A DNA stretch of 64,000 nucleotides, taken from Chiloscyllium plagiosum (taxonomy: Eukaryota). A program made the position numbers and the translations under genes. The notes beneath the pieces are model-generated. The model ran no database searches. It saw only the letters and a list, made by a program, of their open reading frames with translations, and was not told where the DNA came from. Numbering within the stretch: the first letter of the stretch is position 1; the number at the start of each line of letters is the position of its first letter. Shown here in pieces: positions 50,341 to 63,524 of this stretch. The stretch lies in the NCBI RefSeq assembly GCF_004010195.1, contig NC_057728.1:50040892-50104891 (forward strand), read 5' to 3'.

Positions 50341-53300
50341 TAAACATGATGCTGAGCATAAAGCTAGGATGACTATTGTATGTTAGGCTACAGCTGGCGC
50401 ATTGTGTTCAATCTTGGACTACTAGCTACAGGGAAAAGCATTAGAAGCCCAGAAATGGAAAGGATTAAAATTCTGTAGTCAATGGGGAGGTGATAGGCTC
50501 AAAAATCATAGAGAAGGACAGCACAAAAGGAGACCATGTAACCCACTGAGTATGCATTGCTCCTTCAGAAAGCAATCAATTAGTGTCAATCCCCAGACCT
50601 TTCTGCATTTGTTTCCTCGGGATATTTTAAGAAAATGTCAAGAGGAAATCAAAATGAGTAAGTGGTCAAAGGCTGTTTACTTTGGATGCAAATTAGTCTC
50701 AAACACACAGCACGGAGGAAGAAGACACAGGAAGAACAAAAGGGGAAGTTTGAAGGAATGTTTTTGCATAGTGGGTTATCAGAATTGATCAAAATGCACC
50801 AAAAATAAACAGGCTATTTGGCCTGTCCAGGTATTTGTGCTACACTGAAGCCTCTTCCAACTGCTCATCATTTCAACCAAACAATCAATGTCTTTCTATT
50901 CCATTCTCCTTCATGATATAAGGGAAAGGTGGGTAGACACACCTGTACTATTCCCCATCTATAATATCACTGTTTGCTGACTTCCCTATTGGATTTATTA
51001 GTGACTATGCTATATCTGTGGCCACTAGTTCCAGACTTCTCCACATCCAGCCAAACAAACCTCTTCACAAATTTGAACACCTCAATCAGGTCAACCCTCA
51101 GTCCCTTTTCTAGAGAACAGTCCCAGCCTGTTCAATCTTCCCTGATAGTTCTAACCTGTCAGTTCTGGTATTAACTTTGCAAATCATTTTTGTACTTTCT
51201 CCCCCACCATCACTACTATTTTATAGCATGGGGACCAAAACTATGCATACATTCATAAGAACATAAAAGGACATAAGAACAAGGAGTAGGAGTAGACTAT
51301 ATAGACCCTTGAACAGACTCCATTTTTAAAAACAGTCACAGCTGATCTCATCTAGGTCTCAACTCCACATACCTGCCCATTATCCACTACCCTTCAAATC
51401 ATGTCTGACTATGTCCTCCTTTTTAACATGAAAGCTGAGCAGTAGTGGTCACCGCAACCCCGTCCTCACCTGATTAGCTCATTTTAACCCAACACTTCTC
51501 TATCCATTTTGCGACCAATTCTGCTTGTTGTTTCTTAAGCACCAATAGCATCAAGGGATATGGGGATAACATGGAAAAAAGGTATTGTTGCCCATCCCTA
51601 TTTCACCTTGAAATCTAAATAACTTTTTACTCCAAATGTGTCTCTAAGCCATATATTAGACGTAGAGCAGATCTAGGGCAATCTAGAATGAAAGGCCATT
51701 GGCCAAGGGATGGCAGATGTAAAACAGCCAAGAAATGATATCTCATGAAGGAAATCAATCAATCAGCCATGATCATATGAAATGGCAAAGCATGATCAAT
51801 GGGCTGAATGGCCTACCCTTGCTACCATGTTCAAACTTACCACCTGTTATCAAAGGTTATTTAGAAATCTAAATATATCACCTGAACTACATTATCCTCA
51901 TCCCTCCTTCATTAAAACATCATAGAATTCAATTTGATTGGTCAAGTCTAAATTTATCTTTGAAATCTGTGCTGACAGCTCTTTATTAGAAACAATCATA
52001 CGACACGGAAACAGACCCTTCAGTCCAACTCGTCCGCAGCAACCAAATGTCCCAATCTGACCTCATCCCATTTGCCAGCATTTGGCCCATATCCCTCTAA
52101 ATCCTTCCTATTCATATACTCATCCAGATGTTGTAATTGTAGCAGACTCCACCACCTCCTCTGGCAGCTTATTCCACACACACACCATCCTCTGCTCAAA
52201 AAAGTTACCCCTCAGCCTTTTTTAAAATCTTTCCCCTCTCACCTTAAACTCATGCTGCTTAGCTTCTGACTCCCCTATGCTAGGAAAAAGATCTTGGCTA
52301 TTCATCTCCTCCTTTGTACATCTAGCTAAAAGGTGCTATCTAAATACAAATTACACTTAATGCCAACAATACCTTTATACTAAAATGTTGCACTACAGAA
52401 ATCTACTCTAAATAAACCATTGAATACTTTGGAGGTGAAATAGTACTTCAGTGGAGCCACAGATTGGATGGCAGCTTTCCAAAGAGGATACATAGACAAA
52501 GTGGGACTTCAGTTGAAAGAAAATATAGTTACATTAGAACAATTTAGTCACTGTTCAATAAAACTGCTTGAGTTATAAAGTACCACAGTTTCAACTACTT
52601 GGTAAAATGGTTTTAGATAGAAGAAATCAAACTAAACGCATATTCCTTTTGACCTCAATAAGTCTATCTTCAACCTTCAACTGTTCACCAGTTACAGCTT
52701 GGTTCTCTTGCTCCCATTTTCTTGAGGCCTGGTTTTCTTCACTAGGCTACCTTGCAAACCCTGCACATTTAGTCTTTTCCTTCCTGTCTCTGCTTGAGCG
52801 CTTCATAGTTTTTCTTCATCATCTTTAATTCCCAACCTTCAGTTTCTGGATGGTTTTCTAATTTATCTTGGAGCAACAATCACACAATCTTTCCTATAAT
52901 CAATTGGTAATTGTTTAATTGTGTTAGCTCATTTAGTTTAATTAAAGCTCCCCGGACTTGGTCAATCTCCCTTTTTAAATAAACATTAACTGCCCTCCAA
53001 TGCCCAGCCACTATTCACATTCCTATTGATGACTCTGCTATCTCTTCCCGAACTTCTTTGAATATAAGTGGGTGCCAGACAGCTGGACTGGGGATCTCAT
53101 CTTCAAAGTTTATCAATTTTCTCCCTTCAACTTTCTAACATAAAATGTCATTATACCATGCTCTAATATCAAGTTCCTTTTTTTAGTCTTTGTGATAAAT
53201 ATTGATACTAATTAAGTCATCCATTCTCGTTATGTGAATTTGTCCCTTTGGTGGTGCAACCCCTTATGTTGCCTTGTCTTGTGATATTTAATGTTTTAGT

Positions 53301-53438
53301 TAAGCGCTTAAAAGTTTCTTTTCATATTCCTGGGCAGGATTATTATGTAGGGTCTCCATCTTCTCAGTACTTTACTTTTTATGACATCTTTCCTTTTCAT
53401 TTTCATCATGCTTTTCATTTGTCATCCTGTGCTTCACT

Positions 53439-53629
53439 AGGAGAAAGTGAGGACCACAGATGCTGGAGATCAAAGTCGGGAGGGTGGTGCTGGAAAAGCA
53501 CAGCAGGTCAGGCAGCATCAGAGGAGCAGGAGAATCGACCTCCAGAACAGCTTATGCCTGAGACACTGACTCTCCTGCTCCTCAGATGCTGCCTCACCTG
53601 CTGTGCCTTTCCAGCACCACAATCTCGAT
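53439..53629. mobile_element. PLE pLTR-derived palindromic mini-insert
   Basis: 17-bp direct repeat TCATCCT(G/C)TGCTTCACT at 53422-53438 and 53630-53646. Confidence 0.8.
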
Positions 53630-53724
53630 TCATCCTCTGCTTCACTGTCTACATATTGTTTGTGAGCCTCCCCCTTTATTTTCAATGTAACTTGTGTCTT
53701 GTTATTTATCTTGAACATTTTATC

Positions 53725-53908
53725 GTTGGTTCCCTTTCGTAAGCTGAAAATGGCGTAAAGTGAAGGTGCATGATTTATGTGGGAAAAATTTCGCCGTTTC
53801 TCGTAAAAGTAAAAATTCCCTTCGGATTCACGAAAGCAGGTACTAATATAGGTCTTTTGTAAAAGCGAAGTGGCATTAAGCAAACGTTTGAAAAGCAGGT
53901 GATACCTG
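53725..53908. mobile_element. Partial Tigger/pogo-type non-autonomous DNA transposon
   Basis: CpG-rich patch whose right end reverse-complements to CAGGTATCACCTGCTTTTC; no clear left TIR. Confidence 0.45.
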
Positions 53909-53989
53909 TGTATGTGTCTCCTGAGCTCCACTAATCACTTTTTAAAATACTTCCCATCTCGTTTTATGAACATACAAGTTACGTTCAGG

Positions 53990-55010
53990 AGTAAGGTCCC
54001 CAAGCCTGCACGGCCATTCAATAAGACCAAGACTGACTGTGGCCTTAACTCAACATTTCCACCTATCCCTGATAACCTTTGGATTCTTTTGGATTAGTCG
54101 GGAATCTGTCAACCCTTACAATATTCAACTGCTCTGACTCCGCTGCTTTCAGAGTGAGTTTCAAAGACTCACAGCCCTCTGTGATTTAAAAATAAACTCC
54201 TCATCTCTGTTTTAAATCCTCTTATTTTTAAACAGTGATCGCTAGTTCAGGATCGTCGATAAGAGGAAATATCCTTTCTATATCCAGCCTATCAAGACCC
54301 CTCTGGAGCTTATATGTTTTAATCAAGCCACCTCTTACGTTTCTAAACTCCAGCAGATACAAGCCCAGTGTGTTCAACCTTTCCTCATAAGGCAAGCAAT
54401 CCCTTCCAGGTATTAGTCTGGTAAACCTTCTCTGAACTGCTTCCAATGCATTTATATCTTACCTTAAATAAGGAGACTAATACTGTACAGAGTACTGCAG
54501 ATGGTCAATATCTGTTCTTGCCTTGTCACTAATTGATACATTGGTAACTCGCAACACATGAAACAAGGTTTGATGTCCCACTAAAGAAACACCCATTTGC
54601 ACAGATTCCTGATACATTATTCATGGCTGAATAGGCTGGGGCTGTTTTTCCTGGAGCATTGGAGGCTGAGGGGTGACTATAGCGGTTTATAAAATCATGA
54701 GGGGCATGGATAGGGTAAATAGACAAAGTCTTTTCCCTGGGGTGGGTGAGTCCAGAACTAGAGGGCATAGGTTTAAGGTAAAAGGGGTAAGATATAAAAG
54801 GGACCAACGGGGCAAGTGAGCTGCCAGAGGAAGTGGTGGAGGCTGGTACAATTGCAACATTTAAAAGGCATCTGGATGGGTATATGAATAAGAAGCATTT
54901 AGAGGGATATGGACCAAGTGCTGGCAAATGGGACTAGATTAATTCAGGATATCTGGTCGGCATGGATGAATTGGAGTGAACTGTCTGTCTCCGTGCTGTA
55001 CATCTCTTTG
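53990..55010. mobile_element. Two oppositely oriented CR1 3' fragments
   Basis: Minus copy ~53990-54500 (EAVQRRFTRLIPG); plus copy ~54625-55010. Confidence 0.8.
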
Positions 55011-56740
55011 ACTCCATTATGATAGACAGCTCTCAGTAGCACTTTCACATTCAAGTTAATTTTATGAACCAATTACCAATTTGGAGTATTCGTCACTAAT
55101 GTTTGCTTTCAAGTGGGTCAATTATCGTTCAGTTGTAATGGAGAAGGTGCTCTGAATAATGTTTTGTGATTGTTACATCACTCAGCTTCTTAAATTATCC
55201 ACTTAATCAATTAAGTAATGATCAGAGGATGCCAGTTCCGATCCCTGGTTTTGCTAACAGTTATTATCCTTCCCTGGCAGATGGTGAAACTTAAATATAA
55301 AGGCTCTTGTGGTGCAGTGATAGTGTCCCTATCCCTGAGCCAGATGGTCTGAGTTGCACCCCCACCTGCCCCAAGATATGTAATAACAGGTTGAAAAAAA
55401 AACTGGTATATTTGGAAGCCGGGGGGGCATGGAGGGAAGAAGTAATTAAGCAATCAGAAGGAATTTCTCACCACTGGAAGTGTGACAAAAAAAATCTGGA
55501 ATAAAGAATCTGCTGATGGCTGTGAAACCATCATCAATTGTTGGAAACCCCCATCTGATTTGTTAATGTCCTTCAGGGAAGGAAATCTTCCCTGGTCTGG
55601 CCTACATGTGACTCCAGAGCCACAGCAACATAGTTGACTCTAAACTGCCCTCTGAAGTGGCCAAGCCAGCCACTCAGTTGTACCAATCACTACAAAGTCT
55701 CAAAGCAATTAAACCAGATGGATCGCCCAGCATTGACCTCGGCACCAGATAAGACAACAGCAGAAACAGTCCTGTTGGTCTGGCAAAGTCCTCCTCACTA
55801 ATATCTGGGGGCTAGTGTCAAAATTGGGAGAGCTGTCCCATAGTCTAGTCAAGCAACAGCCTGACACTATCTGTAAGGTATGATTCCATGAGCATGACTA
55901 TGTCCCAGACACCACCATCACCATCCCTGGATACCTCCCATCCCACAGGGAGGACAGACGCAGCAAAGATGGTAGCACAGCGGTATAGAGTCAGGAGGGA
56001 GTTGCTATGGGAGTAGTCAACATTGACTCTGGACCCCATGAAGTCTCAGGCCTTCATGTTAAACATGGACAAAGAATCCACCTGCTGATAACCATGTAAA
56101 ATCCTCCTCCACCTTGTACAACTCTTGGAGTAAGCACTGAGGGTGGTGGGGACACAAAATGTACTCTGGGTGGGGGATTTCCATGTCCACCACCAAGAGT
56201 GACCCAGCAGCAGTCATTACTGATCCATCTTTCTGGTCCTAAAGCCCAAAGTCGCGAGACTGGGTCTGTGGCAGGTGGTGAGGGATCCAACAAAAGGGAA
56301 AACATACTTGACCTCATCCTCACCAGTCTGCTGGCTGCAGATGGTATTTGTCCATGACAATATCACTAAGAGTGACCACTGCACAGACCTTGAGGAGACG
56401 AAGTCCCACCTTCACATTGAGAGTAACCTCCATTGTGTTGTGTGGCACTATCACCGTGCACATGGGTCAGACTTCGGACAAATCTAGCAACTCAAGACTG
56501 GGCATCCATGAGGTGCTGTAGCCCATCAACAGCAGCAGAATTGTACTCCAGCACAATCTGCAACCTCATGACCCGACATATCTCCCACACAACCAATACC
56601 ATCAGGCCAGAGAATCAACTCTGTTTCAGTGGAGAGTGCAGGAGGGTATTGCCATGAGTAGCAATAGACAAGCCACAAAACAGGATCACTTGTGTGCCAA
56701 ACAGCATAAGCAGCAAGTGATAGACAGAGCTAAGTGATCC

Positions 56741-56868
56741 CACATTTCTCTCTCAGCCCCCAGCCCACAAGCCTTATTCATGATGATGGGCTTATGCCCA
56801 AAACATTGATTCTCCTCCTCCTCGGATGCTGCCTGACCTGCTCTGCTTTCCCAGCAACACACTCTCGA
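56741..56868 (+). mobile_element. PLE pLTR-derived mini-insert inside a LINE
   Basis: 10-bp direct repeat TAAGTGATCC at 56731-56740 and 56869-56878. Confidence 0.75.
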
Positions 56869-57104
56869 TAAGTGATCCTGCAACCAATGGACCAGATCCA
56901 AGCTCTGCAGTCTTTCCACATCCAGTCGGGAATGGTGGTGGTTAATTAAACAAGAGGTGGAGGAGGCTCCACAAATATCTCCATCCTCAGTGATGGAAAA
57001 GCCCAGCACATCAGTGCAAAAGGATGAAGCTTTTGGTGCAATCTTCAGCCAGAACTGCCAAGTGGATGATCCATCTGGGCCTCCCAGTGGTCCCCAGCAT
57101 TACA

Positions 57105-57251
57105 TAGTCTAGATCAGAGTGGTGCTGGAAAAGCACAGCAGGTCAGGCAGCATCCAAGGAGCAGGAGAATCGACATTTCAGGCAAAAGCTCCTCGGATGC
57201 TGCCACTCTAATCTAGACTCTGGTTTCCAGCATCTGCAGTCCTCACTTTTG
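57105..57251. mobile_element. PLE pLTR-derived mini-insert inside a LINE
   Basis: 12-bp direct repeat CCCAGCATTACA at 57093-57104 and 57252-57263. Confidence 0.75.
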
Positions 57252-59854
57252 CCCAGCATTACAGATATCATTCTTCAGCCAATTCAATGCACTCCACATG
57301 ATATCAAGAAACAATTGGAGGCCCTGGGTACTGCAAAACCCCTATCAACATTTCAGCAATAGAACTGAAGACTTGTGCTCCAGAATTTGCAATTGCAGCA
57401 GTCAAGCTGTTCCAATACAGTTACAACATTGGCATCTACCCAACAATGTAGATGGTGGACAATTGCTCCTGTACATGAAAAGCAGGACAAAACCAACCCA
57501 GTTCATTACTGCCCTGTCAGTCTACTCTTGATCTATCAGTAAAGGGATGGAAGATGTCATCAACTGTGCTAACAAGCAGCACCTACTCAGCAATAACCTC
57601 CTCAGTGATGCCCAGTTTGGGTTTCACCAGGGTCACTCAGCTCCTGACCTTATTACAGCCTTGGTTCAAATATAGACAAAAGAGCTGAATTCCAGAGGTG
57701 AGGTGAGAGTGGCAGCTCTTGACATCAAAGTTGCATCAAGGAGCCCGAGCAAGACTGGCATCAGTGGCTATCAGGGGAAAACTCTCTAGTAGTTGGAGTC
57801 ACACTAGGCACTGAGGAAAATGGCTGTGGCTGTTGGAGGTCTGCCATTTCAGCTCGAGGATGTCTCTACAGCAATTCCTCAGAGTAGTGTCCTCAGCCCA
57901 ACCATCTTCAGCTCCTTCAACAATGACATTCCCTCCATCATGAGGTCAGAAATGGGAATATTTCCTGATGATTGCACAAAGTTCAGCACCATTCACAATT
58001 CTTTCAATACCGAAGCACTGTGTCTTCAAATGCAACAAGGTTTGGACAATATCCAGGTTTGGGCTGTCAAGTGTCAAGTAACATTCTTGCCACAAAAATG
58101 CCAGGCGATGACTATCACCAATAAGAAACAACATAACCCAGCCCTTTGACATTCAATAGTGTTACCATCACTGAATCTCCCACTATTGACATCCTTGGGG
58201 TTACCATTGGCAAGAAACTCAACTTGATCCACCACATAAACACAGGGGCTTCAAGAGCACATCAGAGGCTAGGAATACTGCAGCGAGTAACTCACCCCCT
58301 GACTCTCCAAAGTTTGTCCACCATCTACAAGGCACAAGTCAGGAATATTGCCTACCTACTCAGATGCGTGCAGCCCTAACAACTCTCATGAAACTGACAC
58401 CATCCAGAACAAAGCAGCCCACTTGATTGGTACCACATCCACAAACGTTCAGTCACTCTGCCACCTATGCTCAGTCGAAGCAATGTGTGTTGTCTACAAG
58501 ATGCACTGCAGATGTTTACTGAGGCTCTTTAGACAGCACTGTCCAAACTCTTGACCATTTCCATCTGGAAGGGCCAGGGCAGCAGACACATGGGAACATA
58601 ATCAGCTGAAAGGTTCCTCCAAACCCACTCCAACTTGGAAATATATCTCCATTCCATCAGTATTGCTGGGTCAAAATCCAAACTTCCCTTCCTAATAGCA
58701 TTTAAGTCTACCTAAACCAAATGGGTTACAGCAGTTCACGAAGGTGCTCAACATCCTAAATCTAACCTTCTCAAGGTCGACATGGGATTGTCAATAAATG
58801 CTGGCCCAGCTAACAATGCCCAAATCCTACATAAAAAAATATTATTCCTCATTTCAGCTCACAATTTTAAAAGAAACAAAAATAACAAAAAGAGACGATC
58901 TTTACATTACTCTGCTTTTTCAAAGAGATAAAATGCCATTTCAAAAAATCTGTTTTATTATAAAATACGTGTGGTAAACAAACAACAAGATTCAAGAGTT
59001 ACATCCATTTATTCTTCCTCCATTCTTATTCAACCTTACACAGTCTTGGTATTTCATACATTTTGCCTTATTTCAACATTCTACATTTGTTTCAAAAAGC
59101 ATCTGCAGTTACATTTTCAATAACATGAACAATCTTTACATTAAATGGTTGCTACAAAAGATCTGAATTGCCTCACATTCCAATTTTACAAATTATTCAA
59201 TGAATGCTATGCATTATGCTCAGTGTAATTAATACTTTTTTTTGTTTCTTTTTCAAATCCAACAATCTCAAATTCTCTTTTACCACGGGTAGGTCCTTCA
59301 CCTGATACCAGTTTAGTTTCTTAAAGAAGTACTCCACTTGTTTCTTTGATCACAACGCATTATTGAGTAGCTGATAGCATCACCTCCAAGTCAATAGCTT
59401 CAATTGCTATGTTGAAAAAATTAGGAGTGGTCTCCACAAGGTCATGTAGCAGACTGTCTTCAGTTTCTCAAAGGCTGTTTGCCATTCTGACAACTAAAGC
59501 ACTTTGCTTGTTTGTTTAACAAATTTATTAAAGGGACAGCTATCATACTGAGATTATGCACAAATATCCTGTAAAAGCACACATTCCTAAAAAACGTCAT
59601 GATTTCCTATTAGTTTCATCAATATGAAACTTTTGTTGTCCTGAACATCATTTGTCATTATCCAACAGTATTTTCAAAGTAAGTTACTTTGGAATTCACT
59701 TTTGGCTAAAACTTGTTATTGAACCAAACAGGTCTCTGACAAGTCTCTCATGTTCTAACAAAGACTTTTTTTTAAACTTCCTTCACAGGGTGTGGGTGTC
59801 ACTAGCCGGACCAGCATTTATTGCTCATCCTTAATTGCACAGAAGGTAGTTAAT

Positions 59855-60157
59855 GATTACAGATTACATTACAGTGTGGAAACAGGCCCCTCGGCCCAAC
59901 AAGTCCACACCGACCCGCCGAAGCCCACCCATACCCCTACATTTACCCCTTACCTAACACTACGGGCAATTTAGCATGGCCAATTCACCTAAGCTGCACA
60001 TCTTTGGACTGTGGGAGGAAACCGGAGCACCCAGAGGAAACCCACGCAGACATGGGGAGAACGTGCAAACTCCACACAGTCAGTCGCCTGAGGCGGGAAT
60101 TGAACCCGGGTCTCTGGCGCTGTGAGGCAGCAGTGCTAACCACTGTGCCACCGTGCC
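59855..60157 (-). mobile_element. HE1/V-type SINE (young, CpG-rich) nested in another SINE within the Gypsy remnant
   Basis: Same family, with many CpGs retained. Confidence 0.85.
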
Positions 60158-60440
60158 ACCTAGTTAAGAGTCAACCACATTACTGTGAGGCTGGAGTCAC
60201 TTGTGGGCCACACCATGTGGGCCACACCAGGTGAAGATGGTAGATTTTCTTCCCTAAAGCACATTAATGAGCCCGATGGGGTTTTCTGACAATCGTCACA
60301 AGTTTCATGGTCATCTTTAGATTCTTAATTCCAGAAATTTTTAATAAATTTAAATTCCACCACCTGACATGGTATGATTCAAACCTGGTTCCCCAGGATG
60401 TTATCTGGATTTCTGAATTAATACTCTAGTGGTAATACCA

Positions 60441-60646
60441 GGAAAAAGTGAGGACTGCAGATGCCAGAGCTCAGAGTCAAGAGTGTAGTGCTGGAAAAGC
60501 ACAGCTCAGGCAACATCTGAGGAGCAGGAGAATTGATGTCTCCGGCATAAGCCCTTCATCAGAAAGGACTTACGCCTGAAACGTTGATTCTTCTGCTCCT
60601 CGGATGCTGCCTGACCTGCTATGCTTTCCCAGCACCACACTCTTGA
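60441..60646. mobile_element. PLE pLTR-derived palindromic mini-insert inside a SINE head
   Basis: 17-bp direct repeat CTCTA(G/C)TGGTAATACCA at 60424-60440 and 60647-60663. Confidence 0.8.
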
Positions 60647-61892
60647 CTCTACTGGTAATACCATCAGGCCATCACCTCTCTATTGCTACCATATACATAT
60701 CTTCATCCAAATACACAATACAGTTAGGAATATCAGTTACAGCTTAATTCATACACTTCTGAATGTAGCAAGGGCATTCTTTAACCCAAATGGCATCACT
60801 CGACATTGGTATAACCAATTCGTAGAATTTTAAAAAGTAGAATCCCTACCATGTGGAAGAGGCCATCCAACCTATCGAGTCTGCACTGACCCACCAATGA
60901 GTATCCCACCTAGACCTAGCCCCTGACCCTATTCCCGTAACCCCACATTTACATGGCTAATCCACCGAGCGAACTCATCCCTGAACACTATGGGGCAATT
61001 TAGCATAGCTAATCCATCTAACCTGCACATCTTGAGACTGTACATTTGGTGTAACAAAAGCAGATATTTCTTTAGCCCTTAATGTTAATGACACTTGCTT
61101 TTATCCCTCCAACAGATCGACCCTAGAAAGGCATAAGAAACTGCTAACCCTATCAATGCATTTTTCCAACTGTGGGATTGGGTACAAATTTGTTTTTGAC
61201 CATATTCTCCTTTCTATATTAATGCAAAGTTAGTTGATCCATCCAGTTTAGGAACGAACATCAGTGGTGAACTGCAGCTGCTTTGAGTAGGTACAATCAA
61301 GTGGTTCTCTAGCACGTACTGAACCTGTCTTTCCAGCTGCGTTTATGTTTCTGGGCTCAACCAATACAGATATTGTTTTATCAGTCCTAACTCTCTACAT
61401 CATGTCCAGCTAATGTAATACAACCAGGTGTATCTCTTCAGATGACCACATCGTTCCTCAGTAGTCTTACAGAATCATCCTCTCAGGATATGAGGATACA
61501 GTGCCAACCTGTCCCAGTACTTTTGTGTTAGCTAGTCCAAGTTTAGATTTGTTGTGAGGGCTGTCTATCTCTCCTTCTACCTCACTCGGATTTATTCAGA
61601 TATCTTCCACAGCTCTTACCATCTGACACACTTATTTCTTCCTATCCTCTTCCCTACAATGATACCTTTTCAGCATGTTTATGTGACATAACTGATTCTT
61701 CTTCCTATGTCAGATGAGTGACTTTACTAACCCTTCTAGCTATTACATAGGGACCACTGAATTTTGCTTTCAGATTTTCACTTTGTGAAGGCAACAATAC
61801 CAAGACTTCATCTCCCCCTTGAAACACTCAAGTTCTAAACGCTAATCTTCCCATCCTTTCATTTTCACCTCTGAAACTATCAAATGTTCTTG

Positions 61893-62892
61893 ATATTACA
61901 TACCCTATAGTATGGAAACAGGCCCTTTGGCCCAACAAGTCCACACCAACTTTCCGAAGAGTATACAAGATAATGAGAGGCATAGATAGAGTAGATAGCC
62001 AGAGACTATTTCCCAGGGCAGAAATGACTAACATAAGGGGTCATAGTTTTAAGCTGGTTGGAGGAAAGTATAGAGAGGCTGTCAGAGGCGGGTTCTTTAC
62101 ATTGAGAGTTGTGAGACCATGGAATGCGTTGCCAGCAGCAGTTGTGGAAGCAAGGTCATTGGGGACATTTAAGAGACTACTGGACGTGCATATGGTCACA
62201 GAAATTTGAGGGTGCATACATGAGGATCAGTGGTCAGCACAACGTCGTGGGCTGAAGGGCCTGTTCTGTGCTGTACTGTTCTATGTTCTATGTAACCCAT
62301 CCCTCTACTCTATATTTACCCTGACCAATGCATCTATCACTATGGGTAATTTACCATGGCCAATTCACTTAACCTGGGAAGTTGTTTCTGTTAGGTGGGG
62401 AATCTAGGACCCGTGGGCACAGCCTTAAAATTAGAGGGGGTCAATTTATAACGGAAATGAAGAGACATTTCTTCAGTCAGAGAATGGTGGGCCTGTGGAA
62501 TTCATTGCCATGTAGCACAGTGGAGGCCAGGCTTTTGGGTGTCTTCAAGGCAGAGATTAATAAATTCTTGATCTCGCAAGGAATTAAGGGCTACTGGGAG
62601 AGTGCGGGTAAGTGGAACTGAAATGCCCATTAGCCATGATTAAATGGCGGAGTGGTCTCAATGGGTCAGAAGATTAGGAAAACTCCAAAAACAAACAGAG
62701 GACAATAACGAGAGCAGTAAGGAAGGAGAGGATCAAATATGAAGGTAAGCTAGCCAGTACATCATTGGATTGTGGGAGGAAACACATGCAAACACTGGGA
62801 GAATGTACAAACTCCACACAGTCACCTGAGGTGGGAACCAAACCCAGGTCCCTGGTGCTGTGAGGCAGCAGTGCTAACCACTGAGCCACCAT
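61893..62892 (-). mobile_element. HE1/V-type SINE split into three pieces by two CR1-derived insertions
   Basis: Tail 61893-61962, middle ~62294-62375 and head ~62758-62892 join into one SINE when the inserts are removed. Confidence 0.75.
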
Positions 62893-63524
62893 TCTTGTGG
62901 TACCCTGTCAGACTTTTTAGAAACATAGACACATAATCCAACATGTCTGTTTCCATGCTGTACATCTCTATGACTCTAAACAACGTAAATGGACCTCTAA
63001 TCTCATGATCATAAACCAATTAAAATGAGTTAAATCTAATAGATTCATTCAGGAAATCTCTGATAGCAAACAATAAGAAATCAGATCCTTTATCCCAATC
63101 CTGTGGATATTCCTTGCAGTATACCTTAACCATGGTTTTGAGAGTCTGGCAGTACTTCTCCAAAGCTTCCTGTGTTTACGGATGATACATAATGAGCAAA
63201 AAAAACTGTATTCACTTTTCCAATATTATCCAGCTGTAATTGTCCTTAAAGGAAAAGCCTTTGGGAATCAGGTTATCCTATATAACTGGAAGATTACACT
63301 AATGTCTTGCTCTTGGTTTTGGCAATGATTCTACACAATCCATTAACATTCAACTGAAAGAATCTTCAAACATTGTCAAGATGCCTTAGATGCTTCCTTT
63401 GAAGGAAAAGGAAGATAGACAAAAACTTTCATATCTCCCCATATACTTCTTCTATCTCTGATCTCTTAGTTGTAATTAAAGCTACAATCTGATCCATGGA
63501 CTTTTCAATCTGGGTATTATTTTA

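Larger units (their letters stand above)
55490..58835 (+). mobile_element. Near full-length decayed APE/RT non-LTR retrotransposon (probably CR1/L2 group)
   Basis: Endonuclease start KVLLTNIWGLVSKLGEL (~55785); RT motifs AQFGFHQGHS (~57610), ALDIK, IPQSSVLSPTIF and IFPDD; A-rich 3' end at ~58833; many stops and frameshifts. Confidence 0.85.
59290..63480 (-). mobile_element. Decayed Gypsy LTR retrotransposon pol, Gmr1-like order (IN-RT-RH)
   Basis: Minus strand, 5' to 3': integrase MDCVESLPK, FPKAFPLRTITA, YHP*TQEALEKYCQTLKTM...DWDKG..FLLFAIRE (63360-63050); GPY motif VLVLLP...KAKFSGPYVI and QLCHINMLKRY (~61815-61660); RT CSSPLMFVPKLDGS (~61280), VMPFGLKNA (~60790), CIVYLDE (~60710); RT-connection/RNase H remnants ~59600-59300. 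Confidence 0.85.

Noticed and set aside
57820..58554. Functional reverse transcriptase gene
   Set aside because: Catalytic motifs are degenerate (IPQSSVLSP, FPDD), with frameshifts and nested inserts; this is a dead LINE.
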